DNA of 62,187 nucleotides, counting the filler, from Vannella sp. (lineage: Eukaryota), in NCBI GenBank assembly GCA_023345925.1. It is 8 parts of 8 records of this genome, joined end to end, with 100 filler letters (N's around TTAATTAATTAA, not from the genome) between each part and the next. Parts side by side here need not be neighbours in the genome. Positions count along the whole stretch, not along the records: positions 15,310 to 23,532 come from JAJQQN010000636.1; positions 23,633 to 29,795 come from JAJQQN010000173.1; positions 29,896 to 41,265 come from JAJQQN010000272.1; 5 more parts are not named here. One strand, 5' to 3'. Under the pieces are notes generated by a model. The model saw only the letters and a program-made list of their open reading frames with translations, made no database searches and was not told the DNA's origin. Position numbers and translations under genes: made by a program. Positions 21,695 through 32,900 of this stretch are shown one piece after another. Within the stretch, counting starts at the first letter, position 1. Each line of letters begins with the position of its first letter.

Positions 21695-23209
21695 ATGAAT
21701 CATCTCATGCTCCTCTCCTGCGGCCCCAAGTCTCTCCCCTTCCCCTCATTGTCTCATTTAATGTCGTCGAGGGGGACCGCCAGAGGCGTGCGTGGATCCT
21801 CTCAGCCGAGAGGAAGTGGAAGAGGTGGGACTACACGAAGCGCTTACTCAAAGCCAAGAGATGTGACTGTTCAGCGGTGCCTGTTTCGGCAAAGTCAGGC
21901 TCCAGGGGCGCGGCCTGTGAGGTTGGTGTCGTTCAACGTCCTGGCGGATGAGCTGCTTTACCAACACTTGTACCTTTACCAGTCTTACAGGAACGCTCAA
22001 CTCCCTCGCAACAAGCAGCCTTACTACTTTGAATGGGAGTACCGACAAGAACTCTTGCTTACTCAACTTCTCGGGCCTAGACGAGGTACAACTCGAATCC
22101 CAGACATCTTTGGGCATCTCCGCTTCATAGAGAAGCAGCTCATACGCCCAGACATCATTTGTCTTCAAGAGGTAGACCACTACAACTCTCTGGAAGCTGA
22201 ACTTGCCTCCGAAGGTTACTCTGGTCTCTTTCTCAAACGGAGCGGAAAGAGGACTGACGGCTGCGCTCTGTTCTTCAAGAAGCTGGAGTGGAACTTGGAG
22301 GCTTCTCATCTCCTTGAGTTCAATCGCCAGGACCCTGCCGCTGGGAGTCTCCACTCGGACCGCCTCGACCACACCTACCCCTTAATCAGCTCCCTTCATG
22401 CCCAAACTCCACTCCGCGTTGCTGTGAGCATCAACGAGGGTGCTGAGTCTTACTCGTGTCACGTGGAGTCCAAGGGTAAAGCGATGAAAGAGGTCCTCGA
22501 TCGCGACAATGTGGCGATCATCGCTCTCCTTCGTTCAACAGCGGACCCATCCAAAGTTATCTGTGTAGCAACTACACATCTTCTTTACAACCCCAGGCGT
22601 GGTGACGTGCGTATCCTGCAAGCTGATCTGCTATTGCATGAGGTAGCCAGCTTTCTCCTCTCCCGCGATCTTACTCCAGCTACCACTCCTTTGGTGGTCT
22701 GTGGAGACTTTAACAGTGCACCAAACTCAGCTCTTTATGACTATATGAGTAAGAACTCTGTAACTATTCACCCTGGTAACCCACAGTGGGCCGAATCGTT
22801 GGCTGGGACTCATTCGGAACTTCCTCCTGCCAAGTTTGTTGACTCAGTGGAGACACTTCAGGCTGCTTTGAATGCCAATCCTCAGCGAGAAGGTGGAGAG
22901 CTCAAGTACCCTAAAGAGGCCTACTTTCTCACTTCAGCCTTGCCCGAAGAGATCACGGCAGAGCGATTCTCGCATCCTTTGAGACTTGCCAGCGCTTACG
23001 CAGCGAACGGCAAAGAGCCTTTTTGTACTACATGCCACCGGAAGGCTAGAGAGACTGTTGACTACCTCTGGTACTCACCCGACACGATCAACAAGATCCA
23101 GACCCTCCAAGTCAGCCACCTTGGAGCAGATGAGCTATCAAAGATAGTTCTACCTCACCGTCTGCATCCCTCAGATCACCTCATGCTGGGCTTAGAGATG
23201 TCCATATAA
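21695..23209 (+). CDS. ANGEL: Angel-like EEP-family (CCR4/nocturnin) phosphatase/nuclease
   Basis: SFNVLA, DIICLQEVD, THLLYNPRRGDVR, CGDFNS, VDYLWY, PSDH. Start at 21695 or 21761. Confidence 0.88.
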   Translation: MNHLMLLSCGPKSLPFPSLSHLMSSRGTARGVRGSSQPRGSGRGGTTRSAYSKPRDVTVQRCLFRQSQAPGARPVRLVSFNVLADELLYQHLYLYQSYRNAQLPRNKQPYYFEWEYRQELLLTQLLGPRRGTTRIPDIFGHLRFIEKQLIRPDIICLQEVDHYNSLEAELASEGYSGLFLKRSGKRTDGCALFFKKLEWNLEASHLLEFNRQDPAAGSLHSDRLDHTYPLISSLHAQTPLRVAVSINEGAESYSCHVESKGKAMKEVLDRDNVAIIALLRSTADPSKVICVATTHLLYNPRRGDVRILQADLLLHEVASFLLSRDLTPATTPLVVCGDFNSAPNSALYDYMSKNSVTIHPGNPQWAESLAGTHSELPPAKFVDSVETLQAALNANPQREGGELKYPKEAYFLTSALPEEITAERFSHPLRLASAYAANGKEPFCTTCHRKARETVDYLWYSPDTINKIQTLQVSHLGADELSKIVLPHRLHPSDHLMLGLEMSI

Positions 23210-23251
23210 ACAAAGCAGTCACAGGACTCGTAGGGCTGTATTACGAGTTAT

Positions 23252-23532
<281 letters not shown>

Positions 23533-23632
23533 NNNNNNNNNNNNNNNNNNNNNNNNNNNNNNNNNNNNNNNNNNNNTTAATTAATTAANNNNNNNNNNNN
23601 NNNNNNNNNNNNNNNNNNNNNNNNNNNNNNNN
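23533..23632. other. Artificial contig linker
   Basis: N44-TTAATTAATTAA-N44. Confidence 0.99.
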
Positions 23633-23997
23633 GAATGGCCGCAGTGGAACGGGGAGTGAAAGTAGAATTGATGGTGAGCCAGTGGAATCACACCATTGCC
23701 GACAATCTTCAGTATCTACAAGCTCTCACTGTCCTAGACAACATATCTGTCAAGTTCTTTGAAGTACCAGCTCTACCAGGAGTAGAAATTCCCTACACAA
23801 GAGTGAACCACGCCAAGTTCTTGGTCGGCACAACAGCGGTTTCCATCACAACATCCAACTGGTCTGCGGACTATTTCCTCAACACTGGGGGAGCTAGTTA
23901 CATCTCAAATGACGAAGACCTCATTTCGCAGATTCAGTGGATCTTTGACCGAGACTTTAATTCTCCCTATGCCTCGCCCGTCGTCCTTTGCTCATGA
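23633..23997 (+). CDS. PLD3/PLD4-like phospholipase D family protein, C-terminal part
   Basis: RGVKVELMVSQW, YTRVNHAKFLV, TSNWSADYF and FDRDF; 5' end cut by contig edge. Confidence 0.88.
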
Positions 23998-24051
23998 GAG
24001 GGTTTGTTGCATAAATGCGAACTGCAAAGGTAAATGGAATTGACTTATTGT

Positions 24052-26531
24052 CTATTTTCCTTCCATCCAGTTGTCGCAGATCGCCGCTGACACGACCAAG
24101 TCCACAAGGAGGGGAGTATCTGGAGGATGTCTGTTCATCTGCTCGACCACGATGGCGTAGGCTTCCTCAGCGGACTCTGCAGGTCCTTCCAGGATGAGTT
24201 CATCGTGAATCTGTGAGATGATGCGCCATCCTAGGGTGTTTAATCGGTCATGGCGGTAAAGGTTGATCATAGCACACATTACAACATCTGCTGCACCTCC
24301 TTGAAGTGGCGTGTTGATGGCAGCACGTCGGGCATGGTTGCGCCGAGATCTGTTCCGGCTATTTACATCGGGAAGATGCCTTAGCCTGCCCATGAGAGTC
24401 TCTGTGTATCCTGTGCGAGACGCTTTGCTGATGGTTTCTTCTTGCCATTGCAATACCTCAGGTCGGTCTGAGTACCAAAGATCAAGAGTGGCCTGAGCCT
24501 CTTCTTTACTAACGTCCCAATCCTTGGCCAGGCCCATGGCAGTCTTTCCATAGGCAATCGAAAAGTTCAGGACCTTTGCTCGTCGTCTCTCCGTGGTGTA
24601 AACGTCCTTGATAAGAGGTGCTGGAGGATCTCCCTTGGTATAATCCCACTCAAGAATCACTTCCTTCCTGGCAATAGCTTCCGAAATAGCCGGATACATG
24701 CCAATAGCTGTTCTTGAATGGAAGTCGCCACCCTTTTCGAATGCATCGATCATACTCCGGCAGTTTGTAATGTGCCCAAGAAGACGGAGCTCTAATTGCC
24801 CATAGTCAGCCACGATAAGCTTGTTACCTTGGTCTGCTGTGAAGGACTTTCGGATCTTGTAACGATCTTTCTCAAGAGCAGGCTGATTTTGTAGATTTGG
24901 CCTCCGACAGGAAAGCCGCCCAGTCTCTGTGTTGATATTCATCGAAGCGTGGATGCGTTGATTACTGTCAACCATCTCTTGAAGAGGAAGGATGAAGGTA
25001 TTGAGTAGAGTACTAACGCTTCCATGTTCACAGAGATTATCAATTGCTTCGCAAGCTTCTCGGCCAGCATCACCTCCCCCAAAGAATTCAAAGGCTCTTC
25101 CATACTTTGGCTTGCTCCCTCGAGGATACCCACAAAGTTCCCTCAGAATAGGATTGCCTACTTGAGGCCAGCCATTCTTTGACAGAGATAATGGGGGAAT
25201 ACCCAATCCATCAATAGTGAAGGAAGTGTGCTTCAGTGCCTTGGATTTCCCCTCCTCAATGATTTGGTCAACATTCAAAAGCTTGAATTCCTTGGAACGC
25301 TCCAGTTTCTCCCCAGTAGTAGTGTTCTCCATTGGCGCAAAGAGAAGCTGCCGTCTCTGTAGGTCGCTGCCAATGTTCATTAGCATGGCATCGGGAGAAT
25401 ATTGGCTGGCCCAAAGCCGAAACTCTAAGTCAGCTGCCTCCAAGTCGTGAATAGCTAAAGGCTCTAAAGACTTGATAAAGTCCACGTCCACTCGGATACC
25501 TTCTCGCTCCATGGCAGTAAGCAACTCCCCAAAGTCAACCCAATAGCGCTGATAGAAGTCCCAAAGAGTCCCATGTGAGGTTCCAGCAATGTTCCAAGGC
25601 ATCGCGCGAAGCTTTTCTTCGAGCTTGAACCTCAATTCAAGAGTCAATTTGGCATCTTGAGTGGCATAGTCAATCCATTCACAACGATATTTCTCTTCCA
25701 GCTGAAGAGCAAAAGTATCTGGCATCTCAAAAGTCTTTCCTTCTGTCCCATCCTTCATCCAGTACGTTAGATTAGAGCTATTAGCCTCCAATCACTAACT
25801 TTAAGGATTTTTCGACTCTGAAAACGCTCCTTCATCGAGCATTTCTTGCTTACAAGAAGGTCAGAGCTGATACTCTCCAAACTATATCCTCCTTCAGTGA
25901 TTCTGGCTGTGTGTTCAACTTAATGAAGCCCACTGAGGACAAAAGAAGGAGCTCACCAGTATCCCACAGTCGGGCCATGTGCATGGTATCACCAGCAAAT
26001 CCTTGACAGTTGACACCGTGATTAAAGAGAACGTGGCGGTCGAAGCTGTAATTGTGCCACACTTTCTTGATCCTTTGGCTCTCAAAGTAAGGTTTAAACT
26101 CCCAAAGAACTCCCTCCGCACTCCCCAAGTTATCTGCTAAGAATGTGAGCTCCTCGAATGCACATTCTGGAGGCTGAGACCCCACCAATCCATATCATAG
26201 GGCCTGTTCCAAAGTCTACGTTGTCTCCAGCGTATATTGAAGCGCAGATGACGGGGATAGGCCGCCCAATGATACCATGGCGGTCATCTATCATGGCAGT
26301 TTCCGTATCGCAGGCGTGGACATGATCCGTCAGCTCCATGAGATCCGCAAGCACTCTTTGAGCGGTTCTCTTGTCACGAACAACTGTTACACCAGGAGGA
26401 TACTCTCTGAACGCATCAAGGCGATCCACCATTCCCGTCGCCTCCACCGGATTGATCAAGTTGCACACCGCCCTTCCCATCAACAACTGCCTCGACCCCA
26501 CCCTTCGCGCAGTGTGGAGCCCTCGCAGCAT
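24052..26531 (-). CDS. Organellar family-A DNA polymerase (POP, plant and protist organellar polymerase)
   Basis: Arg-rich presequence; exonuclease motifs HACDTE, KKVWHNYSFDRH and DTMHMARLWD; TETGRLS, NLQNQPALEKDRYKIR, ADYGQLELR, RRRAKVLNFSIAYG and QIHDE. POP-typical segments such as GGDFHSRTA; three 5' introns. Confidence 0.93.
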
Positions 26532-26632
26532 GTCACGAAGACCAGCAAGATCAGAAATGCCAGGAAAAGCAACGAAAGGAAGGTCCCCATATCACATTTC
26601 ACCTTCATTTCACCTCATTTCCTGTCTTCCTC

Positions 26633-28213
26633 ATGTTTGTTGTTCGAGGCCTGTCCAGAAGGGTGTGCTTGCCCTCTCAGACATCAGTGTATCGGCGGAG
26701 AGCCTCCCCTTTAGTCAGTGGCGCCAGAGGTGTGGAGTGGAAGACACTTCGATGGGTTGGAGGGCCTCCAATTCCTTCCCTGGGAGAGCGTGTGGAGAAG
26801 CTTGTGCGAGAAGAGAAGGTACATGAGGCAGAGGAGCTCTCGAAAGAGCTGCTTGGACTAGAACGAACATCAGACGAGTTTATCGAGCAAACACTTCAAG
26901 TATCGAAAGCACTCACGCCCTTCCGCCCTTGTCTGGCTCGCAGCCTTCTCGAAGAGGCTTCTAAAGAGGACCCAGATAATGCAGATATCTACTATCAGAG
27001 TGCAATGACGTTCATCAGGGAGAAAGACCTTCCCTCTGCTGAGAAGCTTCTCCTTCGAGTGTTTGAGCTCGATCAGACTCATTGTCCCGCCATGTGCGCC
27101 CAAGCTGTCATACACACCCGAAGAGATGAGACAGAACTGGCAGAGAAAGCGCTGGCAGTAGCACTCGAGATTGCTGAACGAGAGAACGCGGTGATCTTGC
27201 AAGGCTCTGTGCTCCTCCAGTACATCTCCCTGTACGCTACGCCGAGCTTCCTCTCTAGCAATGGACCTGAGAAGGCACTGGCCTACGCAGACCGGGTACT
27301 GTTCGATCCAGCGTTCACTCAGTTCATCCAAGCAGTTTACATCGTTCTCTACGTCCAGTTCATCAAACCACACCCTGAACGCTTCATAGGACTTGAAGAG
27401 AGGCTCCAATACATCACAGAGCTTCACAACGTCCACCACAAGCTCCTACAGAGCGCAAACACTCCTCGAAGTCATCGCCAGTCGATCCAACTCATTGACA
27501 AGGCGCTCTCTCGCGTGACACAGATCACACCTCTTCCCTCTACTACCCCGCTTCTCTCCTTGCTCTTCTATCGACGGACTCTGTCAAAGATAGCCGCCTT
27601 TGAGGAAGTGGGAGAGACCGCGGCCACTCGCATCCGCGAACACTTCCTGGAGCTTCTTGAAGGCTACGATCGATCCCTATCCTACGACGCCTCCTTTGCA
27701 CCTGCGTGGGCAGGCAAAGCTGAGGTCCTAATGGAGTCTGATCGGCTTCAGGACGCTCTTGGATGCTTCCAAACAGCTTTACATCGTGGTAGTCAGGACA
27801 AGGAGCGCATCTACTACCGCATGGCGTCTATATATCGCCGTCTTAAGCAGTTAGACAAGGCAAAGGAGTACGCAAACAAGGTGTTACACCTTAACCCGAC
27901 CCATCGAGATGCCAAGTTGGAGCTTTTCGCTTGTATAGTCCAACAGCAGTCTCCTAACCAAGTCGTTGAAGATCCTGAGAAGCTCTCTACCATGCTTCAA
28001 CCCACAGAAGAGCTACAAAAGCTCTCAGAAGAGATCCACCAAAGTGATTCTGCCTTCCGCGAGTACTACGAGAAGAACAAGCACCGCCACCCCTCAGACA
28101 TGATGAAAGAGTTCAACGACTTTGTTGATCATAACGTCAGACCTTCCAGTTCCTCCTCCCAGCGCGCCTACTCGAACACAGTGCAAGACATGGACGACTT
28201 TATGAGCAAGTGA
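26633..28213 (+). CDS. TPR-repeat protein with a probable mitochondrial presequence
   Basis: Arg/Ser-rich N-terminus; TPR-like helices (NADIYYQSA...LELDQTH, AWAGKAEVL, IYYRMASIYRRLKQLDKAKEYANKVLHLNP); intronless. Confidence 0.75.
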   Translation: MFVVRGLSRRVCLPSQTSVYRRRASPLVSGARGVEWKTLRWVGGPPIPSLGERVEKLVREEKVHEAEELSKELLGLERTSDEFIEQTLQVSKALTPFRPCLARSLLEEASKEDPDNADIYYQSAMTFIREKDLPSAEKLLLRVFELDQTHCPAMCAQAVIHTRRDETELAEKALAVALEIAERENAVILQGSVLLQYISLYATPSFLSSNGPEKALAYADRVLFDPAFTQFIQAVYIVLYVQFIKPHPERFIGLEERLQYITELHNVHHKLLQSANTPRSHRQSIQLIDKALSRVTQITPLPSTTPLLSLLFYRRTLSKIAAFEEVGETAATRIREHFLELLEGYDRSLSYDASFAPAWAGKAEVLMESDRLQDALGCFQTALHRGSQDKERIYYRMASIYRRLKQLDKAKEYANKVLHLNPTHRDAKLELFACIVQQQSPNQVVEDPEKLSTMLQPTEELQKLSEEIHQSDSAFREYYEKNKHRHPSDMMKEFNDFVDHNVRPSSSSSQRAYSNTVQDMDDFMSK

Positions 28214-28255
28214 TCAAGGAAGCTTCATGGATAAAGCTGTAGCCTTGTAGTGACC

Positions 28256-29170
28256 TTACGAGCGTACCCAAGTGATGGCTTTCATGGCTGTTTCGTACCC
28301 TAAGAAGCACGCTGCATTGGCAGGGAAGGCGCGAAGCATGATCGGCCCCAATCCACGGAAGAGGGCCCGAGGGCCTTCATTGCGCATGACATCAGCAAAG
28401 ACACTGCGCATACCGTTGGGGTAGTGTCCATCAGGGGCTACTTGAAGCTTGGACTTGAGCGTGTCAATGGGAATGGCGAAGAGCCAGTTGAGCATACCGG
28501 CAATGCCTCCAGCTGTCATCGTGCCCATGGAGCTGATCTTCCCGTCCTTGCCAGTGAAAGACCTCTTGCAGTACTCGTAAGATGAAAAGTAGAAAGCAGA
28601 GCCCAAGCCATCACGCGCTAGGGTGGCCCAGAAGCCACGGAACAAGCTTGGAGCGCCTCCCTGGCGGTAGAGTCCCTTCGCACAGTCGAGAGCACTAGAA
28701 CCCTTGGCAACCTCTTGCACTTGCATGACGCACTTGACTCGCTCCTGAGGGGCCTGGATTGGGGTGCTGAAGAGAGCCGAGGTGGCACCGGCAGCTGCAA
28801 TGGGGAGGAGGTGAAGCTCTCGGAAGGATTCCTCCGTCGTAAAGACTCGCTTACCAAACTCGTACCCAAAGAAGCATAGAGAGTACATGGGTGTCACAGC
28901 TAGAAGGGGAGCGGTGACGCCTTTGTAGAGTCCTCTCACTCCATCTCGCGCAATAGCTTGGCGAGCACAGTCCAAGGCGCCAGTGTAAGGAGGGGCTTGG
29001 CCAGGGATGACCTTCATAGTCTGTAATCGAACCTTGATTGTATCGAGCGGGTGACCCGACAAAACTAGGCAAGCTCCTCCGAACCCACCTGCAACGGTGG
29101 TATCAAGGAAGCTCTTCTTTCCAGCAGGAACAGCCGCTACCTCCTCTCCCCTCGCATTATGATCCGACAT
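28256..29170 (-). CDS. Mitochondrial carnitine/acylcarnitine carrier (SLC25A20-like)
   Basis: Three PX[DE]XXK signatures (HPLDTIKVRLQ, APQERVKC, IPIDTLKS) and RAFPANAACFLGYE. Confidence 0.9.
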   Translation of the reverse strand: MSDHNARGEEVAAVPAGKKSFLDTTVAGGFGGACLVLSGHPLDTIKVRLQTMKVIPGQAPPYTGALDCARQAIARDGVRGLYKGVTAPLLAVTPMYSLCFFGYEFGKRVFTTEESFRELHLLPIAAAGATSALFSTPIQAPQERVKCVMQVQEVAKGSSALDCAKGLYRQGGAPSLFRGFWATLARDGLGSAFYFSSYEYCKRSFTGKDGKISSMGTMTAGGIAGMLNWLFAIPIDTLKSKLQVAPDGHYPNGMRSVFADVMRNEGPRALFRGLGPIMLRAFPANAACFLGYETAMKAITWVRS

Positions 29171-29795
29171 GCTCCAACAGGTCCCAAAAAAATGCGGCAA
29201 TTGCGGGGTTTCCACCCATTCAATTGAATGTGGAAAACCCCCAGAGTAACATTCAACAATGAATTACAAGTTTTGGGCTCGTTTGGCAATTGTTTGCGTA
29301 AGACTGGAGTTTTCCCGGCGCACATTGTCACCTCTCCCTCAGGAGCCACATAAGGAGGGATAGTAGGAGCAGATCTTCAGAGCAAAAACACACCTTCCAC
29401 TTCAGCAAGCGTCTTCCCACGCCCAACAACATCAAGGAGGTCTAGAAAAGTACTGCCAACTGTTCTCGGGCCCGGTTTGAGTTGAAGAAGAGGTACGCGC
29501 TCCAACTAAATGACTACGACTGCCCAAAGGGGTCTCGCTGACTTGAGAGCCGAAATCCACCCGTCTGGTCTTGCAACGCGAATCATGAACTCTTTGGCGC
29601 AACCACACCCAACTCGGACTTCTCCTCTGGCCCACAAACGCTGGTTTTGAGCTCTTTTCAACGGTTCCTGCCCTTTAAGCCAACACGAGCCGCCTGCGAG
29701 CGCCTCTCAATGAGAAACTTCCTCACGGAGACCAACATTACTCAACGATCCTCTCAGCAAGGCGGCATCACAACGGTTCTGGAGGAAGGCGACTT

Positions 29796-29895
29796 NNNNN
29801 NNNNNNNNNNNNNNNNNNNNNNNNNNNNNNNNNNNNNNNTTAATTAATTAANNNNNNNNNNNNNNNNNNNNNNNNNNNNNNNNNNNNNNNNNNNN
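29796..29895. other. Artificial contig linker
   Basis: N44-TTAATTAATTAA-N44. Confidence 0.99.
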
Positions 29896-29996
29896 CAAGG
29901 AGAAAAGGAGTCCCAAATTTTCCTCGAAAAAATAAAACTTTTGTGGGCTCTTTTTTGAGACACTTCAACGCGCCCTTGCACCAGGGGCTGCGCACC

Positions 29997-32900
29997 ATGG
30001 CCTCTGTGGTTTTCTCCCAGATGGGTGGCAAAGCTCATGGACAGTGGGCTCAGCAACTCATGTCGGAGCTCTTATGGGTGGATGTGGAGGAGAATGGAGA
30101 GGCCCTTCTGGACAAGGACATCAAGCGCAAGTTTGTGGTCAGCTCTGCAGATGAATCCAGCAGCTTATCTCAAGTTCTCTTAGTTGCTGTACCGCCGTCT
30201 CAGGCTCTCTTATCAGCCACAAACACGGTTCTACATGCTCTACAGGTTAACGGAGGAGCCCCCTCTGTACTTTCGTATCAGCTCCTTCTGGTAGCCAGGC
30301 ACCTGAAGGCCATTGCTCAGGATGTTCCCCATTCCTCTCAAAGGAAGAAGTCCTCTTCAAACAAGAAGAAGTCCAAAGACGTGCCTCCTCCTCCACTTCA
30401 AGCGATGGCCATCAAGTCCGCGATGGCGTTCTTCTTCGCGCTCCTGCGCCAGAGCCAACGCGTTGGACAAGAAGAGTTTCTGATTGACTTGGTAGAGTCA
30501 ATGAATGATATCATTCAAGGGTTCCCTCCTCAATCCCTCTTCCTGGACCCGCCTTCGACCTTTGGCAAGCAAAGTCTTGCGGACGCGTCCCGTTTCATTC
30601 AGGAGGCGGTTCAACCGAACTCAAGCGAGAAGCTATGGCATGAATGCGCGTACTTGTTGGCCAATCTGACCCACCAACAATCCTCACTTGGTTCGTTGCT
30701 AAGTTTCACCCAGTTCTTATTGGAGAAGGGGCCTGGACGTTCCCTTCCCCTCTCTGGAGTGCTCCCACTTCTTCAGACAGTCTCAACTGCACACAATGAT
30801 CTCATTAAGAAGATGGAGGGCACTGAAAACTCCAACTCTTCCCCCGTGGAGTCGCTCATCGAACGCAACGCAGATGTGTCTAGTAGTGAGTTGGCAATGG
30901 CTCTTCTTCAGAGTAGCTCCACTCTTTCAGATATTGTGATGATCCCAATGGCAGGCCGAGATCCTTCGGTTAATGTTGCAAAGAGGGTACAAGATAACGT
31001 TTCCGTGTACGGTTTTGGTGATAACGGTAATGGAGAGCTCAGCGATCGGGACTTCTCAACCGGGCTGTTGCAATTGGTTGGCGCTTTGAACCCCAAAGAC
31101 ATCCAAGGAGGAGCTGGATGTCTGTTTGTTCTTGACCAAGATGGTTCCCTTTGGTCCCGAGGCAAAGGAGATTATGGACGACTTGGCACTGGCGGAACAG
31201 AAGATCGTTCACACTTCCTGAAACTCTCTTTTGCTGGTCCAATTGTCTCCTTTTCAGTTTCAAAGGGCTCTTACGGACATGGATTGGCAATTGATGAAGA
31301 AGGAAAGGTTTGGTCGTGGGGAGACGGAGATTACGGCAAGCTTGGTCATGGAAACACCGATCGCCAGGTGTCTCCAATGTGCATTATTGGGCTCCAAAGT
31401 GAAGAAGTGATTCAGGTTGTGACTGGCTACGCTCACAGTTCAGTCCTTACAAGAGATGGAAAAGTCTTCTCTTGGGGTGGAGAAGTGTCTGGATTCGAGC
31501 AATCTAGTTATCCCACGCCCCGACAGCTCCCGGAGCTCAACGACGCTGGGATCACCTCCATTTACGCAGGATCGAACTACAGCATTGCTTTGGGGTCTGG
31601 TGGAAATGTCGTGTATGGATGGGGAACCAACGGTGACAACCAACTTGGCGTGCAAGGTTCTACCAGTTCCCCTTGCCGAATCGAAGGATTATGTAATTTG
31701 GGCTTGGTCGAAATTGCGTGCTCTCAATCCGCAACCCTCGCATTGACAGCCTCTGGTCAAGTGTACATTTGTGGTAACTTTGATTGTGCTGAAAGCCAAT
31801 TGTATCCTCAGCCCACACTAGTCGAGGCTCTGGCGCACCAAAGGATTGTGCATCTTTATGCAGGGAACTTCACAGCTCTTATGATGACAATGGGCCAAGA
31901 AGCTTATGCATGGGGCATGCATCCAAACGGCAGTACTCTTCCTTCACCCACTCTACTCGATCTGCCTGAGGTCGAGATTTGTCAAGGGAGCTTTTCAAAG
32001 GAAATGTTCATCTTCCATAACATCCATCCAGAAGGTAGCTCGGGCGAATCATTGGTGCGACCCATTGCATCAAGCCCCTTTGTCCTAGATTTCAGTGAGA
32101 GTTGCTTCGATCAACTCTTTAGCGCAGTCCAGCATTATAAGGATTTAATCAAACCAGCCTCAGAGGAAGATTCCCAAGCAACTCTAAGGGAGGTGTGGGA
32201 AGGGGCCAGCCTTGTCAGATTGGAGTCACTCCTTAGCCTGCTGCGGGCCAACCTTTATCATGCTGGGGCTACTGGAGCTGCGGTACCTGAGGGGCAGACT
32301 GACACCTTTCGGCAGTTCCTCTTCTTGCTTCTCGAGCAGAAGGATTTGCCTCCAAGTATTTCGAAAATCTGCCGCACTATCTTTGAAGAGGGCTCGCAGG
32401 TGCTCCTCCCAGAGCCAAAGATGCAGGTGGAGATTCTCTACTCCATTCTTCCCTCCAGCCTGGAAGAGATGGAGCAGTTCAATGAGGTCAAGTCCTTCGT
32501 TCTCCGCGTAATGAGCCAATCTGTTATGAAACAAAACGACTTTGCCAAGACATTCCGGCTTCCGCTGGAGATCAAACCAGGCACAGTTCTCGAGGACTCA
32601 GAACGGATGGACGCAGAGGGAGGCCTAGCTCTGTGGAAGATGTTACAGCAACTCTTAAGCTTCCACGAGCATGTCACGATGAAGCTTCTATTAGCTAGCA
32701 CTTCCACTGCAGACTTGGAGAGCCTCACCAATACCCAAACAGGATTATCCCTTCTACTCCAGTACTTTGTTTCCCGTATGATGGCCGGAGTGGTCTCCGA
32801 AGAGTCATCTTCAGAGGCCCTTGAAGACTTGGTTGTACAGCTTTGCGAGTATCTCGTTCAATCTACCAAGAGGACACTGACGGCTATGCTTGCTGAAGGA

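Noticed and set aside
29200..29795. Possible coding or retroelement remnant at a contig end
   Set aside because: All frames interrupted and no RT, integrase or other motif recognised.
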